Shown: positions 11,301 to 22,719 of the stretch, piece after piece
Layout of the letters: the number at the start of each line of letters is the position of its first letter
How positions within the stretch are numbered: position 1 is the stretch's first letter
DNA from: Octopus sinensis
Lineage: Eukaryota
Direction: 5' to 3'
Length of the DNA stretch: 64,000 nucleotides
NCBI RefSeq assembly: GCF_006345805.1
Contig: NC_043002.1
Location: 9,300,001 to 9,364,000, forward strand
Translations under genes and position numbers: made by a program
Notes under the pieces: generated by a model
What the model saw: only the letters and a program-made list of their open reading frames with translations
What the model was told of the DNA's origin: nothing
Databases searched by the model: none

Positions 11301-12203
11301 GGGGCGAAGGTAAAGGACATGGGCCGGATCTTTTCGGTTTGAACGGCAGTTTTTTCTAGTGGTGTCATATGAAATTGTCACCCATAATTATGACCCTAGT
11401 ATCGATCTATTGCATTTCAATCTCTTTTAGGGGTAGGGGTGGGGGGAAGGGTATCTTTTTTTCTTCACAAATGTAAATAAACCCAATGTGTTTCTTAAAC
11501 GAGGGACATATTCATGCGTTTTTACCTCAATAGACGTCAGTGATTGGTTGAAATAGCAGAAATTGAAGAAAAAAAACAACAAATATCTTACAAACTATAG
11601 AATTTTCTCAATAAAGCCAAAAGAAAAAGATGTTCTACCAGTATACGAAGTTTAAATTTTTTAGTTACCTAACAATTATGTTAAAAACTGCCGTTCAAAC
11701 CGAAAAGATCCCATGGGCCGCACCCCTTGTCGATTATTCTTTTTTTTTTTGTATTTTTTAAACTGAAACCCACCTTTTCGACTGCGGAGATTCCGAATCT
11801 GCAAAAAAAAATTTAAATCGGCATTTCAAAATTTGAATTCACCCCACTTTTTCACTTTTTGTTTAGAAATTTTTTCTTTTGCGGTAATCAGTATTTAGAG
11901 AGTGGATCTTCGATTTTGCTGTTGTATAATTTTGAAAACGTGATTCGTCGTTTAGCTGCTGTTTCTAGCATATCGAGTTTTCTGTTTAGATACTTTTTAC
12001 GTTTGCTATTTTAGTTGGAGGAGAGGGATGTTTATTTTTTCTTTTGAAAAATCGAAATTTTAAAATGCCGAGGTTTTTTTTTTTTTTTTTTTTTTTTGCA
12101 GATTCGGAATCTCCGCAGTCAAAAAGATGGGTTTCTGAAGGGAAAACCCCACCCAAAAAAATAACCGAAAGGGGGTGCGGTCGATGTCCTTTACCCCTGC
12201 CCC
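11301..12203. mobile_element. Foldback non-autonomous DNA transposon with long TIRs and 5 bp TSD (ACAAT)
   Basis: GGGGCGAAGGTAAAGGACAT versus ATGTCCTTTACCCCTGCCCC; subterminal inverted GACTGCGGAGATTCCGAATCTGCAAAA; ACAAT on both flanks. Confidence 0.75.
11326..11711. mobile_element. MITE with 29 bp TIR and 8 bp TSD (Merlin-like)
   Basis: TIR GGATCTTTTCGGTTTGAACGGCAGTTTTT; perfect TSD CATGGGCC; second copy at 52270-52648. Confidence 0.9.
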
Positions 12204-12585
12204 ACAATGGCATTCGTTGTTTGCCATTTGGAAGATGAAAGAAAAACAGTGATCGAAGTTGTAAAGAAATATTTATTTACCGTTACTTTGTATATATCCA
12301 AAACCACGATGGGTTGGTACGTTTTAGTAAATGGAAAAGCATGCGAGCTAATGAGTTAATTTCGGCCGATATGTGTGTGTACAGGTTCCCGTAGTAGTAA
12401 ACCATAGTGATAGAATGATGTTGTAAGAGAAAAGAAATTGAGCTTGTGAAAGTTATAAGAGTCGATGGACGTTGTGTGTCATCGTTGGCTGATTGTAACC
12501 TGTCTTCCTTCTGACCGTTTGGCTTTAGTGGTTGCCTGCTTGTGTCCGTGACCAGTTGGTCTCTGTTCACTAACTGTTGCTCTCA

Positions 12586-13061
12586 CTAATTCCTTTATTA
12601 CCAATACATGGCTCACAAAGAGGAGACAGCACAAGGACAAAACGAAAACATTTATGGACTGGGGTTATACATTAGTTAATTCGCATAAAAATCGGATTTA
12701 ATGAAAATCGAATGAATTTACACAGTACAATGAAATCGAAATCAATTAAAAATTATATGATAATATTTTTCCGGACAGGGACGATCCAAAACCAGCTAGA
12801 AGGATAGGCATAATTGTTGAAAACAATAGATTTCGATGGGGGTCTGTTATCTATATTCTAGCTTTTGGTGAAATAGAAGAGATTAGAAGGGTCAGTGGCA
12901 AAGGCATAATTCTGCTTAGCGAAGGTGTCTGGTAAATGTAACTGCTGCCACTCACAGAAAAACGATTGTGAAATTTGGCAATCGAGGATCGAATCCACAC
13001 CATGCCTGCATGAAAGATTGCCTATACTAGAACCGTAAGATTGCCAAATAAATGCTTTCAC
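12586..13061 (-). mobile_element. Probable L1/Tx1-group LINE 3' end
   Basis: Cys/His-containing ORF remnant followed by pyrimidine-rich UTR ending GAGCCATGTATTGGTAATAAAGGAATT, similar to the L1 tail at 31560-31625. Confidence 0.45.
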
Positions 13062-14350
13062 ACTAAAATATTTTTTCTATATTGTCTCTATTTGTCATTA
13101 AATAAAAAAAATTACAATGATTTCGATCCAACAGATTTTTTTTGCTTATTTTGCTGTTGTCTGTATTAAAGAAATTTTTTCAAATTATTTCACTTGAACA
13201 GAATCTGGTTAATGATTTTATTATTTTTTTTTAGCTTGCATTCAATAATTTTGAAATGATTTTACTTTTGTTTTTCTCACAACCCATTAAAATAAGTGCT
13301 TTATGTTTGTAACTTATGTCTACTTTTATATAATATATTGTTCTAGGTGTGTAGTTATGGCGAAGTTTCGCATGTCGAAACTATGCCAAATTTATATATA
13401 TACAGAGATTTTAAGAGTGTCCCGTATGCGAAATTTCTTTTGTATATCTAATTTTCTAATCTGGCAACCCTGGCCTAGGACAATATGTAACTATGCGCAT
13501 GTAGTGCAGTGAGTTATTGATATAATGCAGAACTGATAAGATATATAAAGTACTGGACGATCATGTTGAAGTTTTGCAATTTATCGTTACATGTCGGTAT
13601 TTGGTTGGCATAACGGAGGTTCTAATCATGACTTTTTCGTCTTTTTCCAAGGTGCTGTTAATCCAGGATCATACTCAAAGCTCGAGCAATTACGTTAGTG
13701 ATTATTTTATTGGTTCGAATGCTCCTCCATGTTCCAAGTTCAAATCATTCCAGAGACAACTTTATCATTTGGGTCGATAAACAAGATCTTTCATTATCAT
13801 GAATACAGTCAGAACTGAGCACTAATATCACACACGTTAAGGCGGCGAGCTGGTGGAATCGTTAGCATGCTGGGTGAAATAGTATTTTGGTGTCGATAAA
13901 ATAAGTAGCAGTTGAAAATCGCTGGCATTTTGCCAAAATTCGAACCCAACAGCATCATCACACACACACACAAAAAGCCATTTCGCCCGAATCACTGCTT
14001 TTTAGAACGAGAAATTGTAAAAAGACGTTGGAAATGTAAAAGACGAGAAATGTAAAAAGACGTGGGAACGTCTTTCGTGATTATTCTATTGAATTGTGGC
14101 CGAATCGCCAGACTATGCCTGGAAAAAGCACGAGATTGTCACGGCTGGAATGTTGCTTGGGATGGAGGGGGGGGCTATATAATTAACACGCACTGTCGCA
14201 ATTATAAAATCATTTGACTGCTACTGCTGGGTTTGTTTTTACCACTCTCTCTACTCTTCTTAGCTTACCACTGATTTAGTTAATGTTCTCGGCAGTTTCT
14301 TTTTAACATAAACTCTATTCATAGCACTGGAGACCTACCATCTAGGTACT

Positions 14351-14578
14351 TACTACTTGAGAACAGCGGTCCCGGTGCGCGCACTCGCGTAGTCGCGCAT
14401 CCGCGCTAGCTAGTCGTGACTAGTCGATCCTACAACGACTACCTAGTAAAGTAAATAAAACACAAAAAAATTTTTTTTTTTAAACAAAGTAAATAACACA
14501 CAAAAACACAAAGTAAGGATCGACTAGCTAGTGCGGATGCGCGAGTGCGCGCACCGGGACCACTGTTCTCAAGTGGTA
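14351..14578. mobile_element. CpG-rich foldback element or MITE
   Basis: TACTACTTGAGAACAGCGGTCCCGGTGCGCGCACTCGCG... is inverted to ...CGCGAGTGCGCGCACCGGGACCACTGTTCTCAAGTGGTA, with an A-rich spacer. Confidence 0.8.
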
Positions 14579-15126
14579 CCGACCATCTAGTGGTTTGTTT
14601 GTTTGTTTTTTTCCTTGAAGCAAGGCCTGAAAAATTTGAGGAAAGGCGAAGCTTCTTATAAGGTTAAAAGTATTACGTGACAGTTCGTTGGGGGAGGTGT
14701 CGGGTTGTCGATGTTGTAAATAGTACAGGATTTTGTGATTAGTCTATAACTGCTAAGAAACAAGTCTAAACCACTTCATAGTATTTGGTTTTACATGTCC
14801 GTTGCTCTCGTATAAATAAGTGGAATGAATTCATTACTCTGACAGAGCAATCGTAAACTGATGACACTGGTGAATAAATAATGTGCACTGATTTATTTTG
14901 TCTGAACTCAAAAGAGTCAAAAGTGTATGATGCAACCTTGTTGCTGTTGAGAATCGAAGTATTTATAGATGAACAGCGGGATGAAGGAACGTCTATGTAT
15001 ATTTCATTCGAGCACCAGTAGCATAAATTACATAAATTGGCTTCTATCGACACGTAAACCAAATTACCAGCGCTACAGTACTTGTTCGACGACACTTTAT
15101 TGACGATCCTTCATATTACAACCGTA

Positions 15127-15159
<33 letters not shown>

Positions 15160-15215
15160 ATATATATAATATATATATATATATCTATATATATATATAT
15201 ATTATATATATATAA
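15127..15215. repeat. (TA)n microsatellite
   Basis: Direct reading. Confidence 0.9.
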
Positions 15216-15699
15216 TATTATGAACATGGATGTCATTAAATTTTCTAAAGCAAACAATAAATACTTCAGATATATATATATAGCAACAAACGAGTCTTGT
15301 GGATTTATATTTGGTTCAACAACTATCTTTGTTAGATATATATTTATAAAATTACGTTTTATACTTAAAAACATAAATATATTTGAAGTTTTACTATTAA
15401 TTTCTTTAGAAATTTTGATTTGTGTTCGTATCTATTTTATTATTTTTTAATTTTATCTTGAGTTTGTGGTCTAAATGTGATGGATAGCTCCCTTATAATT
15501 GGTATTTTCCCATAAAGTACACGGCCTAAGATTTTATGAGGAAGGCCTTCGTGTGTATGCGTGGGAGAGGTTACCATAATAAAATTTAAATTTTAATAAT
15601 TTTATGACAGTTTAATTTAAATGTAATTGTCGTAGTTTCCAATTAATGTGAGAGTATTTGTTTGAGCAATTGTCTTATCGCCAAGAGTTATTTATATAT

Positions 15700-15812
15700 A
15701 TTTCTTTACTACCCACAAGGAGCTAAACATAGAGGGGACAAACAAGGTAGACAAAGGGATTAAGTCAATTACATCGACCCAGTGCGAAACTAGTACTTTA
15801 TTTATCGACCCG
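15700..15812 (-). mobile_element. SINE family B 3' fragment
   Basis: TTTCTTTACTACCCACAAGG...ATCGACCC matches the family B tail. Confidence 0.75.
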
Positions 15813-16130
15813 AGAGAAGAGTTATTTATATAGATTAACTAAAGGGATTTCGTTGTGTTATCAATATAATTCTGTCTTTACAATATAAATTTGTTGCAGT
15901 TGGGAATTAAAATTGGATTGCTATTTCAGTCTACAAAGAACTTAAGTACCTTGCATATTCTGGATCAGTGATTCTCAGTCTTTATGATTTTGTGATGCAC
16001 TGGAGATCAAAGAAATCTGTTGTACCACTGAAGACTACATTTCTAAAATTACTTGAGCTACATTCCTGATATGTAAACTCTTATAAAGGAATTGAAGGTT
16101 TAGATACCTGTGGAGTATCCCCTTCTCCCG

Positions 16131-17985
16131 TTATAATTTTGTAGTTTCAAGGAGCTGGAATGGGTCACCGATTTGTGACGTACGTGTGAAAAGGTGCCTG
16201 TCGCAAAGTGTGTTCGGAAAAAGATGGATGTCTGTAGTAAGGAAGCTGAGGATGAATGGGGCCGTTCTAGCATAGCTGGTCAAGGTAAAAAGAAGGAAAA
16301 AAAAAAAACGGCGGGTTAACCATAAAAAATAACCCAGAACAGGTGGAAGTTGAACTAACTTACCAACCCGTGTCCAGAGATCTGTCCCAATCCCTTTTGC
16401 TCGTGTCGCCCACACCGTTTCTGTCAGTATGGCTACTACGCAGAAAAAAGATGCCTTCTTTTCCTTGTTGAAGGAAGAAGGCAGTACAATCATAATCATG
16501 GACTCAGTCGGAAGCCATACTCTCTCTGCATCCAACATCAGTTGTTCGACATAGGTTATCAACTCCCTCAACTCCTCACAGTGTACGAAGACGTGTGTGA
16601 TAGTTTCACTGACGTGTCTGCACCTCGGGCATGTGGGGGAGGTGTCCTAAACCGTGTCTAGATAACCTCTCTCGAACCGGTAAGGCCGATCGGTAGCACA
16701 ACCAAGCCAAGGATTTCTGGAAGTTATCCAGATACCTCAGTCCAAATGTCCTTCTGAACAGGTTGGTCAGTTGCTCCTCATCGAAACCCAGAGTCTCCCC
16801 CAGGGCATCGTTGGACTTATGCTCTACCAACCCTCTATAAAAATCCGCAGTGGTAACCTTGCTGCCAGCATTGCTTGCACGAGAGAACAGAGTGAGTGCT
16901 TGTCTGCATTCCCTCTGCCATACTCCCATCCTAGATCTCCACTTGATCCATGTACCTAAGTCCCTGAGGGACTTCAGTTGTGGAAAGAGTTGCTTGGCAT
17001 TCATAGTCCACCCTTTAATGGTTTTTGGCAGCAGATGGAGCGCCTCACAAGTGACATTTTCCCTTTCCACAAAAAGTGGAAAAGGATCCGTTCCAACTTG
17101 GTCAGCCACAAACTGGGGCAAGGCACAACAGTTAGGCGGTGGATTATCACCGATGCTTACAAACACCTGTGCAACCTCGGCCCTTCCTAGCAAAGATAAC
17201 GTCCTCCTAGACCAGGTCTGGGTTATGGCCGTCATCTTGCTCCCCACCTCACTCCAGTTTTTCTCTACCTGGAGATCTGGTCCAAACCAGATTCCGAGCA
17301 ATTTAACTAGGTCTCCGTCCAGCGTCCGATGATGCTGTTGGGAGGCAGTGACTTGCCACGCCAGGTGCCAAGTTGCAAGCTGACTGATTTCTCCTGGTTA
17401 ATTTTTGCCACTGCTTCATATCCTTTGATGGTGTCTTCTACACGAGGTAGCTGCCCTTCATTAGACACAATGATGGTAACATCATCTGCATATGCTGTTG
17501 GTCCAGGGCCGATCTCGCTGCCAACACTTGGGGTGCAGTGCCCATCCTCAGCGCCTCTTCTAAAGCTTTAACTAATTTCCTTTCTTCTCTAGTCTGCTCC
17601 AGACTTAACTGCTTGCTAAATCTAATCGACTCAAGTTGAATGGCTCTTTTGAGGGCACTTCACCACCAGTTGTTAATCACAGAGTCGGTTAGTGCCCTCA
17701 TTACTAACACCTTAATCTGGCTATGGTAAGTTTTGCAATCCAATAGGGACTTGTTCAACTTCCAGTAGCCAGATCCCTGTCTATGAACCTTGTCTATATG
17801 CAACCTACACGTCACTAATTTGTGTTCTGTGTAGGGTAAATAGGTAAACTGTGAACAGCTTAAACTAGACTTATCTCTAGCATTAACTATTATCCTGTCT
17901 ATATAAGACCTGATAGATCCATCGTTATTAGACCAAGTCCTTATTGGAACGCTCGGATTATCAAGTCTGTATCAATCTGCCAACC
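16131..17985 (-). mobile_element. L1/Tx1-clade LINE relic with internal deletion (endonuclease end fused to RT end and C-terminal zinc knuckle)
   Basis: TWSNNDGSIRSYIDRI, GSGYWKLNKSLL, AYADDVT, LLGIWFGPDLQVEKNW, TLSLLGRAEV, CPRC...ETITHVF on the minus strand. Confidence 0.88.
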
Positions 17986-18845
17986 AAGTTGGGTATAAGA
18001 GGAGGAGACTGCACTGGTTTGGTCATGTGATGTGTATGGATGAGGGTGGTCGCATAAAGAAGTGCTGATCTTATCACTTAAAGTGGAGAGAATTGCGGAA
18101 GAGGAAGACATGGGATGAAGTACTGAAAGCTAATCTCAAAGGAGATGACAGAGGACTGAGATATGTGACACACTGCTGGACTTGAGAAGACCTGCCCACC
18201 ACAACAGAATTGAGATCCTAAAACCAAAGTGCCACATAAAAGGCACTGGTGTGGGTACTGGTACCACATAAAAAGCACTGATGATGGTGCCACATAAAAA
18301 GCATCCAGTACACTCTTTAGAGTGCTTGGTGTTAGGAAGGGCATCCAGACATTGAAACTGAGCCAAAACACACCATGGAATCTTGTGCAGCCCCTGGCTT
18401 TGCCAGCTCTGGTCAAGCTGTGTCCAATCCAGGCCAACATGGAAAATCTCTCTATATATAAACGGCAGAGTGTCTGTCTGTGTGTGTGTCCTTTATACAA
18501 ATCCACAAATTTTCAGTTAGAGGGCTCGCACTTTCCATGGTCATTCAAAACCGTCCAAGGGTGGTCGTGTACATCTTTACATTTCCCCAGTCACCCCGCA
18601 AAGCCATTAAAAAATCAATAGAAGTGACTTTTTTGTGAATTTTCCAAACCCAAAACCCAATCAAAATGCTCGAAACTTGATACGCCAGTTGAATGCCAGC
18701 TAGCTGTATGTGATTGGTCAGAGATTTGGACGGTACTCACGTGTATGTGCGCATGCACGCAGCTGTATATGCATGCACTAGCACTATGACCCAGCGTTGC
18801 TGGGTCATAGAGCTAGTGGGTATTAAATGTTGATGATAATGACAG
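17985..18845 (+). mobile_element. RTE 3' fragment interrupted by a Helitron
   Basis: RRLHWFGHV...GRGR, 3' UTR motif and degenerate ATG tail after 18816. Confidence 0.75.
18447..18816 (+). mobile_element. Non-autonomous Helitron
   Basis: 5' TC, 3' hairpin GACCCAGC-GTT-GCTGGGTC then CTAG; inserted between A and T with no TSD; removal restores CATGGAAAA|TGG of the RTE tail; sister copy at 37366. Confidence 0.88.
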
Positions 18846-18931
18846 AAAGTATCCAGTTGGAAATTACTGGGAATCACTCAAGACATTTTAAACAACTCAA
18901 ACAAATTTGTGAGATACAGGTATAAGAAAAA

Positions 18932-19167
18932 GGCGGCGAACTGGCAGAACCATTAGCATGCCAGGCGAAATGCGTAGCCGTATTTCGTCTGCCGTTACGT
19001 TCTGAGTTCAAATTCCGCCAAGGTCGACTTTGCCTTTTATCCTTTCGGGGTCGATAAATTAAGTACCAGTTACGCACTGGAGTCGATATAATTGACTTAA
19101 TCTGTCTGTCTGTCCTTGTTTGTCCCCTCTGTGTTTAAGCTCCTTGTGGGTAGTAAAGAAATAAGTA
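18932..19167 (+). mobile_element. SINE family B, full length
   Basis: GGCGGCGAACTGGCAGAA head, B box, central domain, tail; GTATAAGA repeated on both sides as a possible TSD. Confidence 0.9.
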
Positions 19168-19964
19168 TAAGAGAATAGCTTTAGAAAACACCATGTTTAA
19201 TGGATTATGTTAAAAATTTATTTATATATATATATATATATATTTTTTAAAAATCTAAAATGTGGACCTGACTTTGGGCTACCGAGTATAAGTAAATTTA
19301 TTTGAATCAAATGCCATTATATTTATAGTTTTAAAGCCATGTTAAGTGCATTTAGTGAAACAAAACTTCAGGAGTAAGAGTTTTTTAAGCATTAAATTGT
19401 CTGAGCATAAATTCAGCCATAAGATCAATATTGCTACAACAACATTCTGAAAATAGGTCAAGCAGTAATATGAATAGTTTCCCTCTCTTCCTGCTTATCT
19501 ACTCACTCTTTTCACAATTTCTTTTCCTCTCTCTCTTTTCACACACACACACCACACACACACACGTAGGCACACACAAGAGTTGTATTGAAACTAATAC
19601 AAAAAATACGTATAACTTTTCTAATTTGTTTATGAATTGATACAAGTCATTCTAAGGGAACGTGGTAGAGTAACTTTTCCTCTCTAGTAACTCTTCTTCT
19701 TGTTTTTCTTTCCAGGAACATAAGGGGTTTCTAAGCAGAAACATACTGTCATTGAGTTCTCCCTAATGAAGGGTACAAACTGTCTGATATTTACAGAATG
19801 CTACAAGTAGTTTTACAGAGATGACACCATTGACAAGGGGAAATGTGCACGTATGGATAAAGAAAGTTTAAAAAGGTGGAAAACCATCAACTATAACCAT
19901 TAGCATGAATCACAAACCACTGGACAAATTCATTCGCACAACTAAAATGTATTCTGGAAAACCC

Positions 19965-20337
19965 TCGTAGCCAGAGCGGCTATCGCGTGATCGTTGCCAG
20001 AGTGGCTATCTGGCCTCCGTGCAAGTGGCACATAAAAAACACCATTCGAGCATGATCTTTACCAGCATCACCTTACTGGCACTCACGCCAGTGGCATGTG
20101 TAAAAGATTTGAGCGAGGTTGTTGCTAGTGCCGCCTGACTGACCCCATGCCAGTGGCACGTAAAAGCACCCACTACACTCTCGGAGTTGTTGGCGTTAGG
20201 AAGGGCATCCAGCTGTAGAAACTCTGCCAGATGAAGACTGGAGCCTGGTGCAGCCATCTGGTTCGCCAGCCCTCAGTCATACGTCCAACCCATGCTAGCA
20301 TGGAAAGCGAACGTTAAATGATGATGATGATGATGAT
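19965..20337 (+). mobile_element. RTE 3' UTR fragment
   Basis: Hairpin array units, conserved 3' end, (ATG)n tail. Confidence 0.85.
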
Positions 20338-20359
20338 CAAATAGTGTATGTGCAAAGTG

Positions 20360-20975
20360 GGTATTTCAGCAGTTGGAATATTTGAAGACAACGCAGACAT
20401 GGTCTTTTTCTAATCTGGTGATGGCATGAAACATGGATGTATTTTTTATGATTTTGAAACAAAAGCTCAGTTTATGAAAAGGCATCATACCATTTTTTTT
20501 TTTGCCTAAGATGGTCAAGAGTGAGCAATGAGCAAAGAAAGTCGTGGTGGCTATTTTTTGGATTGACATGGACATTATTGCTTTTGATTTTCTAGAATAA
20601 GGCTGTACCAAGAACAGCAAGTAGTAGTACACAGAGAAACCCAAAAAGATGATGAACCCCTTGGGAGGAAAATGGTCTATATCCTGAAAATGCATGGCTA
20701 CAAACATCTTTGGGCAACAAATTAGGCAATAGACAAAGTGATTTGGTCTGTGGTGCTTCATCCACTGTTTGGCCTGGATCTGTGCTGACTTGTACCTTTT
20801 CTGCAATGAAGAACAGTCTTCAGGGACAAAGATTTGAAGACACAGACAAGGCAAACATGGTAGTGAAGAAGTGGGTACTATTTTACACACCTGAATTTTT
20901 TTCAAAGAAGATTTAAGAGTTGAGTTCAGTGATGGCGTAAATGCATTGCTTCTGATGGAGACTGTTGAACAGGAC
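20360..20975 (+). pseudogene. Mariner-like transposase relic
   Basis: Decayed GD..ETWMYFYDFETKAQ, HGxIAFDFLE, HPLFGLDL..DLYLFSAMKNSLQGQRFED...FF, resembling the HPPYSPDLAPSDxxLF motif. Confidence 0.65.
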
Positions 20976-22153
20976 TTTAGTATAAGAGAAAAACTCAGCC
21001 TATCCACATGTAAAAAGCACCCTTCAAACTTAATACTACTAATTATAACTACAGCAAATTAGTAACAAAAATAGGGTTTAAATATACTTGCTACTTATCT
21101 AAAAATTTATTATATAAGTAAAGTAATTTATGTCCAAATTTAATTTTATGCTCATCCAATGATTTAATCAATTTATGATTATTAAATATTATTTCCTTAA
21201 ATTCATTAGTACATAATAAACAAGAATTACTACCTATACTAAAAGATTTTGCCTTAGAAACTGTCTCCCACATTAAATTATACTTAATTCATTTAGATTT
21301 AAGTTCCCGTATATATTTACTAAGCCCAGTAGAATTAATTAAATTTCTATTCTTAAAGGAATTCATATGTTGAGCCACCCTTCATTTAATTTTATTATAA
21401 GTCGACCCTATATAGATTGCTTTAAGTTATAATCATTCCTATTATTATCATCAATTAAAGTAACTATATATTTATAAACAACATCATGAAAATTACATTT
21501 ATCATTAAATATACATTTATTTTTATCTCTACATGTACAATTAATTACAATGTTATCTTTATTACTATTATTGGAATCATTATTTAATTTGCTTTTGTAA
21601 AATTTATTCAACTTAAATTTATTAAAAGAAGAAATAATGTTACTTACATTATTAGTGGTAGAATAACCAACTCCAAAATTATTACTAGAAAAAATTTTAT
21701 TATATTTTCTATTATCCCGAATGAATTGTTCAATTATATTTAAAATCTCTTTAATAATATTAGTTTTTATTTGAGCTCCATAACGAACAATTAAACAAAT
21801 TTTATTCCTATTATTTATATCATCATCATTATTATTATTATTATTATTATGTTTCTTTTTAATATTATTAAAATTATTATTATCATTCATTGAATTAAAA
21901 TTAGTCTTATTTTAATTTTTGTTTTTTCTTTGATTATTATTCTTATGATTTGTATTATCGTAATATCTATTTTTAAGGCCATAATTATCTAAATAAAACT
22001 TATCATAATTTTTAATTTTATTATTATGTAAATCATTAAAATTATAATCTTTTATATTATAATTATAATTAGTATTATTAAAGAATTTAATATTATTATT
22101 ATATCCTGCCTCTAACAGACCTTCATTATAATAAGGTGCATGTTTATTGAAAA

Positions 22154-22556
22154 CTAGCAGCATAGCCCGGCGTTGCCCGGGTATGTAAGAGCCCCTAGTA
22201 GGCAACGACTAATCCCAATCTAGTCCTTTCCCTCAAGGGAACGAAGGCGCATGTGTAGGTTGCAATGTCTTCTCTTCACTCGAATACTTCTGTGTATACG
22301 ATGTTCCTAGCTGTCGAGTTGTGTCCCCTCGACAGAAAATGTGTTGCATATAAAAAGCTTAGATTCTCGACCCCATGTCAAATTTATCGATTTTTTTCAG
22401 AACTGGGGGAACTTTTCAAAATTTTCGCTGCGTTAGTTTTGAATTATGACATTGGGCTATGTGTGTGTCAAGTTTCATCAGAATCGGTTGAAAGCCGTGG
22501 TCAGGGTGAGGGTACAACCTGACAGACAGACAAACTGCCGTTTATATAGAGAGAGA
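22154..22556 (-). mobile_element. Non-autonomous Helitron (second subfamily)
   Basis: Minus strand TCTCTCTCTATATAAACGGCAG...CCCGGGCAACGCCGGG...CTAG; A|T target without TSD; removal restores the PLE reading frame. Confidence 0.88.
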
Positions 22557-22719
22557 TCTCTAAATCATAAGAAAGTAATGATATTCTTTTACCAATATTA
22601 TTTATCAACAAATTTTTTAATTGAGGGTGGGTGATTACTATTAGCATTTATATATCTAAGGTTTTCATTAAATTTGTGATATGGTTGGGTTTTACCCATA
22701 ATTAAATTAAAATTAACAT

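Noticed and set aside
14766-15095. 109 aa Cys-containing ORF
   Set aside because: No recognisable domain, GTG start, no supported splice sites; left unannotated.
20366-21007. 213 aa minus-strand ORF
   Set aside because: Antisense to a decayed mariner transposase; no recognisable protein features.
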